Source of the DNA: an uncultured Rikenellaceae bacterium
Lineage (GTDB): Bacteria > Bacteroidota > Bacteroidia > Bacteroidales > VadinHA17
Reading direction: 5' to 3'
Assembly (NCBI GenBank): GCA_964516485.1
Contig: CAZEYY010000001.1
Span: 12,653-76,652, forward strand
Length of the DNA: 64,000 bases
The position numbers and the translations under genes were made by a program. Under the pieces are notes generated by a model. It did no database searches, had not been told where the DNA came from, and worked only from the letters and a program-made list of their open reading frames with translations. Shown here piece by piece: positions 36,655-46,411 of this stretch (position 1 is its first letter; each line of letters starts with the position of its first letter).

Positions 36655-39185
36655 AAGGCATAGTCGATCTTGACCATGAAGCTGTTCCGTGGAAAGATCC
36701 TGAACATATCTGAAAGCTGGCCTCCCATACCCTGTTCATACAATTCTTCTCCCCAGGGAGCAAGCGGGTTCATCTCATCCCTCCTGTTCCGGGAATGGCT
36801 CCAGACAAAATATATAGCTGATCCCGGTCTGTATTCCCATCGGGCTACAAAGTTCGACTGAAGATTTTTATAGTTGAAATCCCTTCTTTTTGGATAGGCA
36901 GTAAAATCAGCCATATAATCAGGATTTGCAAGTATGCTGAAACTGTCATATCTCCCTTTTGCAACAAAGAATTGCGTATATAGCTGGGTTGAAAATTTAT
37001 TGGTGAAAGTAAGAGAGCCTCTTAATGTCAGGTCAATTGACCGGGTGTCGCGTGTGCCGAAAACCGGGACATAATATTTACCTGCTTCTGTCTCCTTTAC
37101 CTCCGAAAGAATGCTGCCCAGAGTACCCCCGTCATCAAATGCAGTGTAGTCGTTTGCTCCAAGTTTTGACGGCGAAACTGACGAATTTCCTATTTTCCAT
37201 GTGCTTAAGTCCTTCATGAAGGTTTCGTTCGAAGCCCATGCTGTTTTGTTTGACTCCCGGTTTCCTTTAAGGTTTGCCTGGAAGGATAGCCTTGTACCGG
37301 CATTTACAATGCTTTGGATGTCAATCCCATACTCGCTGCCTTTATCGTCATATACCTTTGCAGTCAGCTTTGGTGTAAGTTTCCAGTTTTTCCTTTCATC
37401 AGTATTGAATTCTCCTGAAAACTCAATTCCGACAGGTTTTGCCCAGATTCCAAGTCCCCTTGTTTCCCAGAGATCATAGCCACCGAAAAGATCATTCATC
37501 TTGGTGCCAAACTTAAAGGTCCTGAAATTTCTGCTTGTCAGGGTTGCTGTAAGGTTTGTATTTCCACCCATATTGTAAAGTTCGAGATATGAGTATCTTT
37601 TTGTGAAATAAACACTCAGATCACCGCGCTGAAAGGAGCCGAAAGGTTTGCCCTGCTTAAGTTTATAATTGAAATTAGACCATATCTGGTACCAGTTTTG
37701 TTCATAGCTTATCCAGCCTATGTCGTTAGGATTATATTTATCAGTAAAAAGTAGCAAAGTGAAATGCCCATCAACCAGACCCTGCCTTTTTCTGAGAACG
37801 AACCCGCTCATAAATCCATCTTCTCTCTTCTTGTCGTCGGTAAGCGGATTTCTGTCAGTAAAGGCTGCTATACCTTCAAAGCTGTATTTGTTATTATTAA
37901 ACCTCAGATCCCAGTCAAAGCCTCCTGTCATGCTCTGCCAGCCCGTTCCCGATTCTGCCGGACTATAATAATATGTAAACATTCCTCCGGCTGAGGAATA
38001 ATGGCCAATTGTCTGGCTTGCCCTTAATACGCCATAGTTATTTGTCGGACTGAAGTCGGAACCTGCTGTAGTTCCAAGCAGTCCGAATGAGAGTCCTTTT
38101 TCAGAATGGCCTGAAAGTTTTGTTGCTGCAATTATCGGTTCATTTGCTCCAAGCCTTCTTGAATAGAAGAGCCTGCTGCTGCCGATGCCAAATTTGAATA
38201 TGTCAGCTCCTTCCAGGAAAAATGGCCGTTTTTCTGCAAAAAAAGTTTCAAATGCAGTAAGGTTAAGAACAGCCGGGTCAGCCTCTACCTGTCCGAAATC
38301 CGGACTTATTGTGGCGTCGAGCATTATGTTTGGTCCTATTCCCAGCTTTATATCGCCACCTGCATCATATTTCATCTTGTGATCAGTATGGCCTGGTCTG
38401 GCTGCATCTTCGAAAAGATCGAGGCCGGCAAGTAAATAAGGTTTTACCTGAATGTTACGCCGCGGATGAAGATTTTCTATTCCACCCAATTGTCCATAGC
38501 CTGAAACCAGGTTGACTCTGGCATTTCTTGGTATGAAGGGCCATTCTGAGACCTCGCCCAGATTGGGTATCCTTCTCCTGAGGTGAATTCCCCAGGTCTG
38601 AATCTCATCCCTTGAATAACGGAGCATGCTGTAGGGAATTCTGAGTTCAGCTGTCCAGCCATCCTCTGAGATGCTGACCTGAGAAAACCAGATAGCATCC
38701 CATGACGGATCAAGACCAGCCGGCAGCAGCGGATTTGCATCATTTACTGCAAGCTTTTTATTGTCATCCTGCTGGCCGTCAAGCTGAACACCTGCAGCAT
38801 TAACCCCGAAGGTGTAAGCGGTTTTTCTGTTGAAATATGAATCAATTGAGATCATGAACCAGTCCGCCCTGTTATATTCATCCCTTCTTCCGAGATTATT
38901 CTCTATATTTTCCCTGGTGTCATGCATTCTGGCTCCGACAAACAGGTCATCTTTGCCGAAGAGTATCCTTACCTCAGTTTTCCGGGATGAGGGTGTGCCC
39001 TCCTCCGGCTCATATTGAAAGAAGTCTGTAATAGCCTTTGTCCGGTCCCAGGCTGCTTCGTCCAGCTTCCCGTCAATTGTTATATTTTCATCTTGGCCGG
39101 AAGAAATAAATGAAGCTGTTTCCTGAGAAAATATCTCAGCAGAAATAAGAACAACAGCCGCAGTAAAAAGGAATCTTCTTATCAT
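36648..39185 (-). CDS. CBM9-like / DUF5916 domain outer-membrane-associated protein
   Basis: Signal peptide. N-terminal IDGKLDEAAWDRTKAITDFFQYEPEEG...ILFGKDDLFVGARMHD is typical of CBM9-like/DUF5916 proteins, followed by a long beta-rich C-terminus ending ...KIDYAFH. Confidence 0.75.
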   Translation of the reverse strand: MIRRFLFTAAVVLISAEIFSQETASFISSGQDENITIDGKLDEAAWDRTKAITDFFQYEPEEGTPSSRKTEVRILFGKDDLFVGARMHDTRENIENNLGRRDEYNRADWFMISIDSYFNRKTAYTFGVNAAGVQLDGQQDDNKKLAVNDANPLLPAGLDPSWDAIWFSQVSISEDGWTAELRIPYSMLRYSRDEIQTWGIHLRRRIPNLGEVSEWPFIPRNARVNLVSGYGQLGGIENLHPRRNIQVKPYLLAGLDLFEDAARPGHTDHKMKYDAGGDIKLGIGPNIMLDATISPDFGQVEADPAVLNLTAFETFFAEKRPFFLEGADIFKFGIGSSRLFYSRRLGANEPIIAATKLSGHSEKGLSFGLLGTTAGSDFSPTNNYGVLRASQTIGHYSSAGGMFTYYYSPAESGTGWQSMTGGFDWDLRFNNNKYSFEGIAAFTDRNPLTDDKKREDGFMSGFVLRKRQGLVDGHFTLLLFTDKYNPNDIGWISYEQNWYQIWSNFNYKLKQGKPFGSFQRGDLSVYFTKRYSYLELYNMGGNTNLTATLTSRNFRTFKFGTKMNDLFGGYDLWETRGLGIWAKPVGIEFSGEFNTDERKNWKLTPKLTAKVYDDKGSEYGIDIQSIVNAGTRLSFQANLKGNRESNKTAWASNETFMKDLSTWKIGNSSVSPSKLGANDYTAFDDGGTLGSILSEVKETEAGKYYVPVFGTRDTRSIDLTLRGSLTFTNKFSTQLYTQFFVAKGRYDSFSILANPDYMADFTAYPKRRDFNYKNLQSNFVARWEYRPGSAIYFVWSHSRNRRDEMNPLAPWGEELYEQGMGGQLSDMFRIFPRNSFMVKIDYAFH

Positions 39186-39375
39186 TTATTAAGAATATCT
39201 GATCTGAATGAGCAAGATAGCAAGTGTCTGCTAATTCCTGCATCAATTAACATTCTTTGGCAAAATGTCTGATTACCTTGAAGAACTCCCTTACAGTTTT
39301 CCGGATTTTTTTCCTAATATGATTTTTAAGGATTATCTTCATAATTGCTTAAAACGACTAATCAAAGAGAACAAT

Positions 39376-41058
39376 ATGAAATCACACAGACGCGATTTTA
39401 TCAAAACATTAGGTGCCGGTGCAACTGGCTTTGCACTTGCAGGAAGCACTACCGCCTGTTCTACAGGTACGGTACATGATAAAAATGAAGACGGACCTGT
39501 ATTGCTTATAGGTGAAAAAATTGCACTTGCAGATACTGCTTATGGAAAGGTAAGAGGGTATATACTGAGGGGGATCCATTATTTTCTCGGGATACCTTAT
39601 GGTGCTGACACTTCAGGACCAAACAGGTTCATGCCGCCACAGAAGCCAAAGCCATGGAGTGATATCTTCCCTGCCCTGTGGTGGGGTAATACTGCTCCGC
39701 AGATTATGGAGAAGAGGTATGCAAATCCATATTCATCCTTTATTGACCACTGGAATTATGATGATGTAAGTGAAGACTGCCTGAGGCTTAATGTTTTTAC
39801 TCCTGCTCTCGCTGACGGGAAGAAGCGACCGGTGATGTTCTGGCTCCATGGTGGAGGGTTTACAAATGGTAACGGGATAGAACAGGATGGATACAACGGT
39901 GAGAATTTCAGCCGCAAAGGCGATGTGGTTTTTGTCTCAGTAAATCACCGGCTTGGTCCTTTGGGCTTTACCAACCTTGCAGGTGCGGGAGGAGATAAAT
40001 TTGCAGCTTCAGGCAATGTGGGCATGCTCGATCTGGTTGCCGCACTCGAATGGGTAAGGGATAATATTGAAAACTTTGGGGGAGATCCCGGAAACGTGAC
40101 AATTATGGGGCAGTCAGGTGGCGGGGCCAAGGTAACCACCCTGACCGCAATGCCCTCAGCAAAAGGACTATTTCATAAGGCTGTTGTCCTCAGCGGTGCC
40201 GGTGTGAAGACAGGCGAAAAGGAATATGCCGAGAAGCTTGGAGCTTATGTTTTAAAAGAAGCAGGTTTGAAGGCAAACGAAATCAATAAGTTACAGGAGA
40301 TGCCCTGGCTGGATTATATTCAGCTCGCAAACAAAGCTTCTGCAAAGCTGGCTGAGGATATGGGACCTTCAGTAGCAGGCATGAGAAGAGGTTTTAATCC
40401 CTGCGCCGACGGAACATTTATTCCTCAGCATCCCTATTTCCCTGAACCAACGCCGGAAGCAGCTGCCGTACCGATGATAATTTGTTCCACATTGAATGAG
40501 ATGTCACCCAGCAGGACTGATGCTGCTCTTGAAAATATTTCAATTGAAGAGGTTAAGGAAAAGGTTAAGCAGAGAGCTGGTTTCGGTGCAGGATTTGCAG
40601 AAAAAGCCGGTGATGTTGTTGACGCTTATACAAAGGCATTCCCAGAAAGGAAACCTGTCGAAATATGGTCGATGGTAAGCAGTAACAGGCAGGGAGTTGT
40701 AACGCTTGCCAATGCCAAATCGAAGCAGTCTGCTCCTGTTTATGTTGCCTGGTTCTGCTGGCAGCCGCCGCTTTTTGATAACAGGATGAGGGCTTTCCAC
40801 TGTGTTGATATTTCATTCTGGTATTATAACACTGATTTAATGCTTACTCATTCCGGAGGAGGAGCAAGGCCCAGAAAGCTTTCAGATAAGATGTCAGGTG
40901 CACTTCTTCAGTTCATGAGAACAGGGAACCCTGATGGAGGAGGTTTACCATCCTGGTCAAGATATACTCCTGAGAACGGCGAGGTAATGGTGCTTGATGA
41001 TATTCCGGAGGTTAAGAATGATCCTGACAGGGAAGCCAGGAAGTCACTGCCTGCCTGA
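39376..41058 (+). CDS. Carboxylesterase/lipase type B family, TAT-exported
   Basis: TAT motif HRRDFIKTLGAGATGF. Oxyanion region FWLHGGGFTNG and nucleophile elbow GQSGGGAKV. The track start at 39265 adds 37 residues before the signal peptide. Confidence 0.9.
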   Translation: MKSHRRDFIKTLGAGATGFALAGSTTACSTGTVHDKNEDGPVLLIGEKIALADTAYGKVRGYILRGIHYFLGIPYGADTSGPNRFMPPQKPKPWSDIFPALWWGNTAPQIMEKRYANPYSSFIDHWNYDDVSEDCLRLNVFTPALADGKKRPVMFWLHGGGFTNGNGIEQDGYNGENFSRKGDVVFVSVNHRLGPLGFTNLAGAGGDKFAASGNVGMLDLVAALEWVRDNIENFGGDPGNVTIMGQSGGGAKVTTLTAMPSAKGLFHKAVVLSGAGVKTGEKEYAEKLGAYVLKEAGLKANEINKLQEMPWLDYIQLANKASAKLAEDMGPSVAGMRRGFNPCADGTFIPQHPYFPEPTPEAAAVPMIICSTLNEMSPSRTDAALENISIEEVKEKVKQRAGFGAGFAEKAGDVVDAYTKAFPERKPVEIWSMVSSNRQGVVTLANAKSKQSAPVYVAWFCWQPPLFDNRMRAFHCVDISFWYYNTDLMLTHSGGGARPRKLSDKMSGALLQFMRTGNPDGGGLPSWSRYTPENGEVMVLDDIPEVKNDPDREARKSLPA

Positions 41059-41140
41059 TGATCAGGTTTCAGTATTTATTATTGTAAATTTATTTTTTAA
41101 CTTACAAATGGGATCCGTTTAAAAACAATTAAAGACTAAT

Positions 41141-42022
41141 ATGCAAAACAACAGTATTACGCGGCGACACTTCTTCGAAAAAACTGTGCTTGCTGCAACC
41201 GGCATAACTATGCTTTCAGCAGCTAAAAAGTCACAATGGCAGACAGGCTGCTTTACAAGACCATGGGCACAGTTCGATTACAGGGAGGCATTCGAAGGGA
41301 TTGCCGCTGCAGGATTCAGGTATGTTGGGCTGATGTCATCAAAAGCCGGCATCATCATATCGAAAGATACAAAACCTGATCAGGCACGCAGCGTTTATGA
41401 CGAGGCAAGATCACGGGGATTGGGCATCCTTTCTGTTTATGGAGGTAATTTCGGGGCGGAGAAATCCATTCAGGCAGGTATTGAAGGACTGAAAAAACTC
41501 ATTGACAACACTGCAACCTGTGAATGTCCTAACCTTCTGCTGCTGGGAGCTGAAACCCGTGAGATAGAGGATAATTATTACAAGGCTGTTGCTGAATCTT
41601 GTGATTATGCACTCAGTAAAAAGGTAAGCTTGGGTATAAAACCTCACGGCCCGTTCAATCCTACTGGATCAGATTGCAGGAAGCTTGTAGAGAAAACAGG
41701 ACACAGGAACTTCCGCGTCTGGTATGATCCGGGAAACATTTATTATTATTCAGATGGAAACCTGAATCCCGTTACTGATTCCACTACAGTTGACGGACTT
41801 GTTGCCGGGATGATAATCAAGGATTTCCGTATGCCAAAGGATGTTGACCTTACGCCGGGAACAGGGATGGTTGATTTCAGGGGAGTACTGGCAGGCTTGA
41901 AGAAGGGAGGCTTCAAAAAGGGCCCCCTGATTGTTGAATGCCTTGCAAAAGGTGATCTTCAATTTATTAATTCAGAGGCAAAAAAAGCTTATGAGTTTGT
42001 CAACTGCTTGTTGTCTGAGTAG
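41141..42022 (+). CDS. Xylose-isomerase-like TIM-barrel protein (sugar phosphate isomerase/epimerase family), TAT-like signal
   Basis: N-terminal TRRHFFEKTVLAATG and an AP_endonuc_2-like pattern (GFRYVGL..., LGIKPH..., WYDPGN). About 290 aa. Confidence 0.75.
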   Translation: MQNNSITRRHFFEKTVLAATGITMLSAAKKSQWQTGCFTRPWAQFDYREAFEGIAAAGFRYVGLMSSKAGIIISKDTKPDQARSVYDEARSRGLGILSVYGGNFGAEKSIQAGIEGLKKLIDNTATCECPNLLLLGAETREIEDNYYKAVAESCDYALSKKVSLGIKPHGPFNPTGSDCRKLVEKTGHRNFRVWYDPGNIYYYSDGNLNPVTDSTTVDGLVAGMIIKDFRMPKDVDLTPGTGMVDFRGVLAGLKKGGFKKGPLIVECLAKGDLQFINSEAKKAYEFVNCLLSE

Positions 42023-42062
42023 ATTAAAATATGCTTGATTATTTATTTTAAATTACAATAAA

Positions 42063-42893
42063 ATGAAAAAGACCCTTTCAATTCCGGCAATCGCAATATT
42101 ATTATTAATCGTGTCTCCCGCCTTTTCGCAGCAGGATATTAAAGGCAGCAAGGATCATCCCCTGCTTACACGAATGCCTGATTTCTTCATTTCGGGATAT
42201 AAGGAGGCTGAATATGAAGCTTACAGGTTTATAAGCACTGATAAGAAGAACGAAAATATTGAAGGTCATAAATATTATATTGAGTACAAGATAACTCCTG
42301 GAAAACCTGAACCCGGAGAGCTGAAAATCAGGAGGAATGTTCAGGATGCCCTTAAAAAGATAGGGGGGAAGGTGATGTTTGATGACAATTTTAATAAGGT
42401 CTCAACAATACTGATTCAGAAAGACGGTAAGGAAACCTGGCTTGAGGTTAGATCCTATAACAATTTGTACCGTCTGAATATTGTTGAACGGCAGATAATG
42501 AAGCAGGAAATTGTTGCCGATGCTAATGCAATGGGTAATGATATTAACTCAACCGGGCATGTTGCTGTTTACGGAATTTATTTTGAGACAGGGAAGTCGG
42601 ATATTAATGAAAAATCGGCTGAAGCTATTTCCCAGATTTCTATACTCCTGAAAAACAATCCCTCATTGAAACTATATGTTGTTGGTCATACTGATAATGT
42701 TGGTTCAATAGATTCAAATCTTAAACTTTCAAAAGAAAGGGCAGATGCTGTTGTTAATTCATTAACAGCTAATTACGGAATAAGTGCTGATCGCTTAACT
42801 GCTTATGGAGTAGCTTCACTGGCCCCTCTTGGATCAAATGACAGTGAAGAAGGCAGGGCTAAGAACAGAAGAGTTGAACTGGTAAAACAGTAA
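42063..42893 (+). CDS. OmpA-family protein (DUF4892-like N-domain + OmpA C-terminal peptidoglycan-binding domain)
   Basis: Signal ...SPAFSQQ. N-domain GSKDHPLLTRMPDFFISGY. C-terminal OmpA motifs VVGHTDNVGS...NLKLSKERADAV...NRRVELV. Confidence 0.85.
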   Translation: MKKTLSIPAIAILLLIVSPAFSQQDIKGSKDHPLLTRMPDFFISGYKEAEYEAYRFISTDKKNENIEGHKYYIEYKITPGKPEPGELKIRRNVQDALKKIGGKVMFDDNFNKVSTILIQKDGKETWLEVRSYNNLYRLNIVERQIMKQEIVADANAMGNDINSTGHVAVYGIYFETGKSDINEKSAEAISQISILLKNNPSLKLYVVGHTDNVGSIDSNLKLSKERADAVVNSLTANYGISADRLTAYGVASLAPLGSNDSEEGRAKNRRVELVKQ

Positions 42894-42946
42894 ATTAAGG
42901 GAGTAAACAGAAACAGAACAGAATATAAACCCCTAATCAGTTACTT

Positions 42947-43873
42947 ATGAAAAGAGAACTCAAGCTTAAGTCAGATCAGGAATCTGTCAGTCCTGAAAAC
43001 GGATCAAAAGTTCATGGCACTTCATCACGAAGGGATTTTCTAAAACTTTCTGCCGCAACTGCAGTAGGCCTGGGGGCAGTGGGACCTTTAAGCGCAGCAG
43101 GTCCGGACATCATTGTAAATCCTGATTTACCACAGCAGGTTCAGGGAAAAGATCCTTATGCACTTGCAGCACGATTTGCAAAATACCTGCGGGTTACAGA
43201 TGTTACTGACGGACTGGATGCGGTCGGCCGGGCTGACCTCACTCTTATGGATCCTGCAATTCGTCCCTTATGGTTTGGTATGCGTTTCTGGGGACCGGCT
43301 GTTACAATGCGTGTCATCCCTACAAACCGCCGTATGCCTGTAATTGATAAAAAAGATGCATTGAACCAGCATGCGCTATGGAGCAGGTCGGGAGGAATGC
43401 ACGTTGAGCTGAAAACTAAACCTGGTTGCGTTGTTGTCACTTCAACAGGAGGAGCAAAAGAATGCGGTTTCTGGGGTTCAAACAATGCACTTGGCGCTCA
43501 GGCTGATGGTGTTGTTGGCATTGTAACAGAGGGAAATGCAAGGGATACAGATGAGATAATAATGCAGAAAAATCCTGTGGCATGCAAGGGCATCGGCCGC
43601 CCGATAATTCCGGGTCGTGTTGAGCTTGTTGATGTTGAAGTTCCTGTTTCCTGCGGTGGTGTGATGGTCCGGCCGGGAGACATTGTCGGCTGCGACTGGG
43701 ACGGGGTAATAGTCGTTCCTCTTGAAGTTGCAGAAGATGTTCTGTACTTTGCTGCCAAAATTGCAATCGATGATAAGAAATCGCGCAGAAACCTGTATAC
43801 AAGGCTTGGCAGAAAATATGACGAAACAGTCGACTGGGAAGTGGTAGCCGAATACTACAAAGACATTCTCTGA
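42947..43873 (+). CDS. RraA-family (RraA / HMG-CHA aldolase-like) protein with TAT signal
   Basis: SRRDFLKLSAATAVGLGAVG twin-arginine signal. RraA-like core ...GGAKECGFWGSNNALGAQADGVVGIVTEGNARDTDEI... and GDIVGCDWDGVIVVP. Confidence 0.7.
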   Translation: MKRELKLKSDQESVSPENGSKVHGTSSRRDFLKLSAATAVGLGAVGPLSAAGPDIIVNPDLPQQVQGKDPYALAARFAKYLRVTDVTDGLDAVGRADLTLMDPAIRPLWFGMRFWGPAVTMRVIPTNRRMPVIDKKDALNQHALWSRSGGMHVELKTKPGCVVVTSTGGAKECGFWGSNNALGAQADGVVGIVTEGNARDTDEIIMQKNPVACKGIGRPIIPGRVELVDVEVPVSCGGVMVRPGDIVGCDWDGVIVVPLEVAEDVLYFAAKIAIDDKKSRRNLYTRLGRKYDETVDWEVVAEYYKDIL

Positions 43874-43891
43874 ATCATTATTACTGTCCGG

Positions 43892-44758
43892 CTATTTCAG
43901 GAATTTGTATTTCCTGAGAAACTCATCAGTAATGTCAAGAATTTCGTCGGTGTAATACCTTGAGTATTTCGGATTGCCCTCGCCAAGGTAATGCCTCATA
44001 CCCTTGTACTGGTGCAATTCAAAGTAATTACCTGCTTTTTGCATTCTTTCGGCAAAGAATTGTACTGTCCAAACGGGCACCTGGTCATCATAAGTGCCAT
44101 GAAATTCTATCATTGGAGGGAGTCCCGGCCTGACATTATGGAAAGGGGAGATGCTCCAGATCTTTGTGCGCCTGTCGTCAAGAAGCATGTCGCACCAGCC
44201 TTCAATGGCATTTATACATGATGAGAACAGCAGCAGTGCATCAGGCCTGCAGCTTATCGTCATATCATCCGAAGGCTCATTGTACTCATCGATCATGGCA
44301 GTGCATAATGCAAGGTGTCCTCCGGCTGACTGTCCGGAAGCTATAATCTTATTATTGTCGATATTGTATTTGTCTGCATTTTTTCTTACCCATCTCATTG
44401 CTGAACGTGCATCCATCACACATTCAATAGGACTGATTGTTTTATGGGGAACAGTCCCGTGATCAATTGACAGCCTGTAATCAACAGAAAAGGTAATTAT
44501 CCCCATGGCCGCATATCGTTCACATGTGGAAAAGAATTCTGAAGGTGTCCCGTAGGCCCATCCGCCACCATGAAAGAAGACTATGGCCGTATTATTCTTT
44601 TTATTAAGAGATTCACGAGTGTAAAAAACATCTGTCCTGAGCTTAAAGGTGTCGACGCTCTTGTAGATTTCCTGCTTATGAATTATTTCAGAACTGTTCT
44701 GGGCTGCAACAGTCAGGAAGGTAATTGGGAGAATTGAAATTGCAATGTGCTTTTTCAT
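43892..44758 (-). CDS. Alpha/beta hydrolase (HSL-type esterase/lipase)
   Basis: HGG oxyanion motif FFHGGGW, nucleophile GQSAGGHLA, and signal peptide MKKHIAISILPITFLTVAAQ. Confidence 0.85.
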   Translation of the reverse strand: MKKHIAISILPITFLTVAAQNSSEIIHKQEIYKSVDTFKLRTDVFYTRESLNKKNNTAIVFFHGGGWAYGTPSEFFSTCERYAAMGIITFSVDYRLSIDHGTVPHKTISPIECVMDARSAMRWVRKNADKYNIDNNKIIASGQSAGGHLALCTAMIDEYNEPSDDMTISCRPDALLLFSSCINAIEGWCDMLLDDRRTKIWSISPFHNVRPGLPPMIEFHGTYDDQVPVWTVQFFAERMQKAGNYFELHQYKGMRHYLGEGNPKYSRYYTDEILDITDEFLRKYKFLK

Positions 44759-44864
44759 AGAAATATATTTAATTGTAAGCAGCATTTCAGCCTGAATCAC
44801 AATCGGGTATGAGATATTACTGAGTATCGGTGTCCGAAAAATAATATAAAATGTTTGTAAGGGA

Positions 44865-45449
44865 TTAATTCTTTAATATACTAAGATTTTCCGGATACTT
44901 TCTTATGAGCCTGAGCATGCCTTCAATATCAAAATTGTCAGATGAATCGGAAAGGCTTTTACCATAATCATATATCAGATTACAGGAATGTTTTTTCCCT
45001 AGAGCCATGAGAGCCTGTCCAAAGCTTTTTAATTCACTTATGGGTTGTCTTGCTTCAAGCAAGAGGTAATCATTATGGAAACCTCCTTCAAGTTCTGATA
45101 CCAGTCCCTTAAGATCTTTTATTCCGGTTTTGTCTATCCTTCCCTTTTCTGAAATTTCCGGTTTCGTTTTATCAGCTGATTTGATTTCAGTTTTTCCACC
45201 CTTATATTCAATTCCCGGCAAAGTTACAATAAATGTGCAGCTGCAATTCAGGTCGACTCCATAGATACCTTCTGCTGCAGAATTCAGAATTGTCTGGAAA
45301 CGTTCCTTGCTTTCACTGAGTTCGGTAATGAGTTCACATGCTATTTGCAAAGCTCTCTGTCTTGTATTGAGCAATGAAAAATTAAGTGCACATAACAATA
45401 ATGTAATAATGATTCCGCTAATCAGAACAGAAGAAGCTCTCCAGTTTAA
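44865..45449 (-). pseudogene. Probable remnant of a membrane sensor (TM segment + truncated PAS-like start)
   Basis: The frame opens directly after a stop at 45450-45452 inside the mlaD-like 3' end. It encodes SVLISGIIITLLLCALNFSLL (TM-like), then a coiled coil and ERFQTILNSAAEGIYGVDLNCSCTFI (PAS N-terminus), which breaks off. The only start is a TTG in mid-TM, and no kinase domain follows. Confidence 0.3.
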
Positions 45450-46408
45450 TTATTTTCCTTCTTTTCTTTCTTTTTGAAATATCGTTTCAATGGAAATGAG
45501 TGCTGAAGACCTTCAAGATCCTCATTTAGCCTGATTGTAGTTACTTCAAGATTTTTTATTGTCTGTCTCAGGTCCTCTCCGGTCTCCTCGTCATGCAGAA
45601 GTGTTCCTATAGGAGTTTTGGCATTGCTTTCAGCTTTCTTAAGATCTGAAATCAGAATTGATGCTGTATCGGCAATCTGATTCAGCCTTGTCACTGTAGC
45701 CCTGAGGTTGCTGAATATAACAGTGTCGGCAGTAAGCTCGTATGCAAGTGTGCCTTCCTTCTTCAGACCTTCGGAATAAGAGGCAAGCGAATTAATCAGC
45801 TGCTGGGCTTTGGCTGCTACATTCTGCAGTGATCCTGCAGTTGCATTTATTTTGTTGTAGAATGAATCATCATTAAGCAGTTTACCAACAGTGCCTTCAC
45901 CTTCTGCAAGTTTCCTGCTTATTATCTTGAAATCACCAGTTATTGATTTAAGATTCTCATTGTTTGCCTGCAGGGTAGTTATGAGATCCTCAGTTGACAG
46001 GGTTTTAACATAAGTCAGTGTATCACCCTCCTCAACTGTTGCAACTTTTTCAGATCCTCCATAAATTATGAGGATCCTGTTGCCTATGAATCCATCTGTT
46101 CCAAGCTTGACACTGGCATCCTTGTGGATGAACTGGGTTGACTTTGCATCAATGTCCATCACCACCTCAACTCCTGCAGCGCCGCGAAGATATACATGGC
46201 TTACCGTTCCGACCCTTACACCATAAAACCAGATGTAATTTCCTTTCTGTAACCCGCTTACATCGTCAATGTATGAAACAACCTTAATCCTGTCCTGAAG
46301 CTTTTTGTTAAGATTTCCAAGCAGCAGAACTCCTGATATGAGTATTGCGAGTCCGAATACTACAAAAAGTCCGACAACAACAGAATGTTTATGAGTAGCT
46401 TCGTTCAT
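45446..46408 (-). CDS. MlaD-family (MCE domain) protein
   Basis: N-terminal TM and an MCE fold region (VVSYIDDVSGLQKGNYIWFYGVRVGTVSHVYL), followed by a long helical C-terminus. It is the last gene of a permease/ATPase/MCE operon. Confidence 0.85.
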   Translation of the reverse strand: MNEATHKHSVVVGLFVVFGLAILISGVLLLGNLNKKLQDRIKVVSYIDDVSGLQKGNYIWFYGVRVGTVSHVYLRGAAGVEVVMDIDAKSTQFIHKDASVKLGTDGFIGNRILIIYGGSEKVATVEEGDTLTYVKTLSTEDLITTLQANNENLKSITGDFKIISRKLAEGEGTVGKLLNDDSFYNKINATAGSLQNVAAKAQQLINSLASYSEGLKKEGTLAYELTADTVIFSNLRATVTRLNQIADTASILISDLKKAESNAKTPIGTLLHDEETGEDLRQTIKNLEVTTIRLNEDLEGLQHSFPLKRYFKKKEKKENN

Positions 46409-46411
46409 AAG

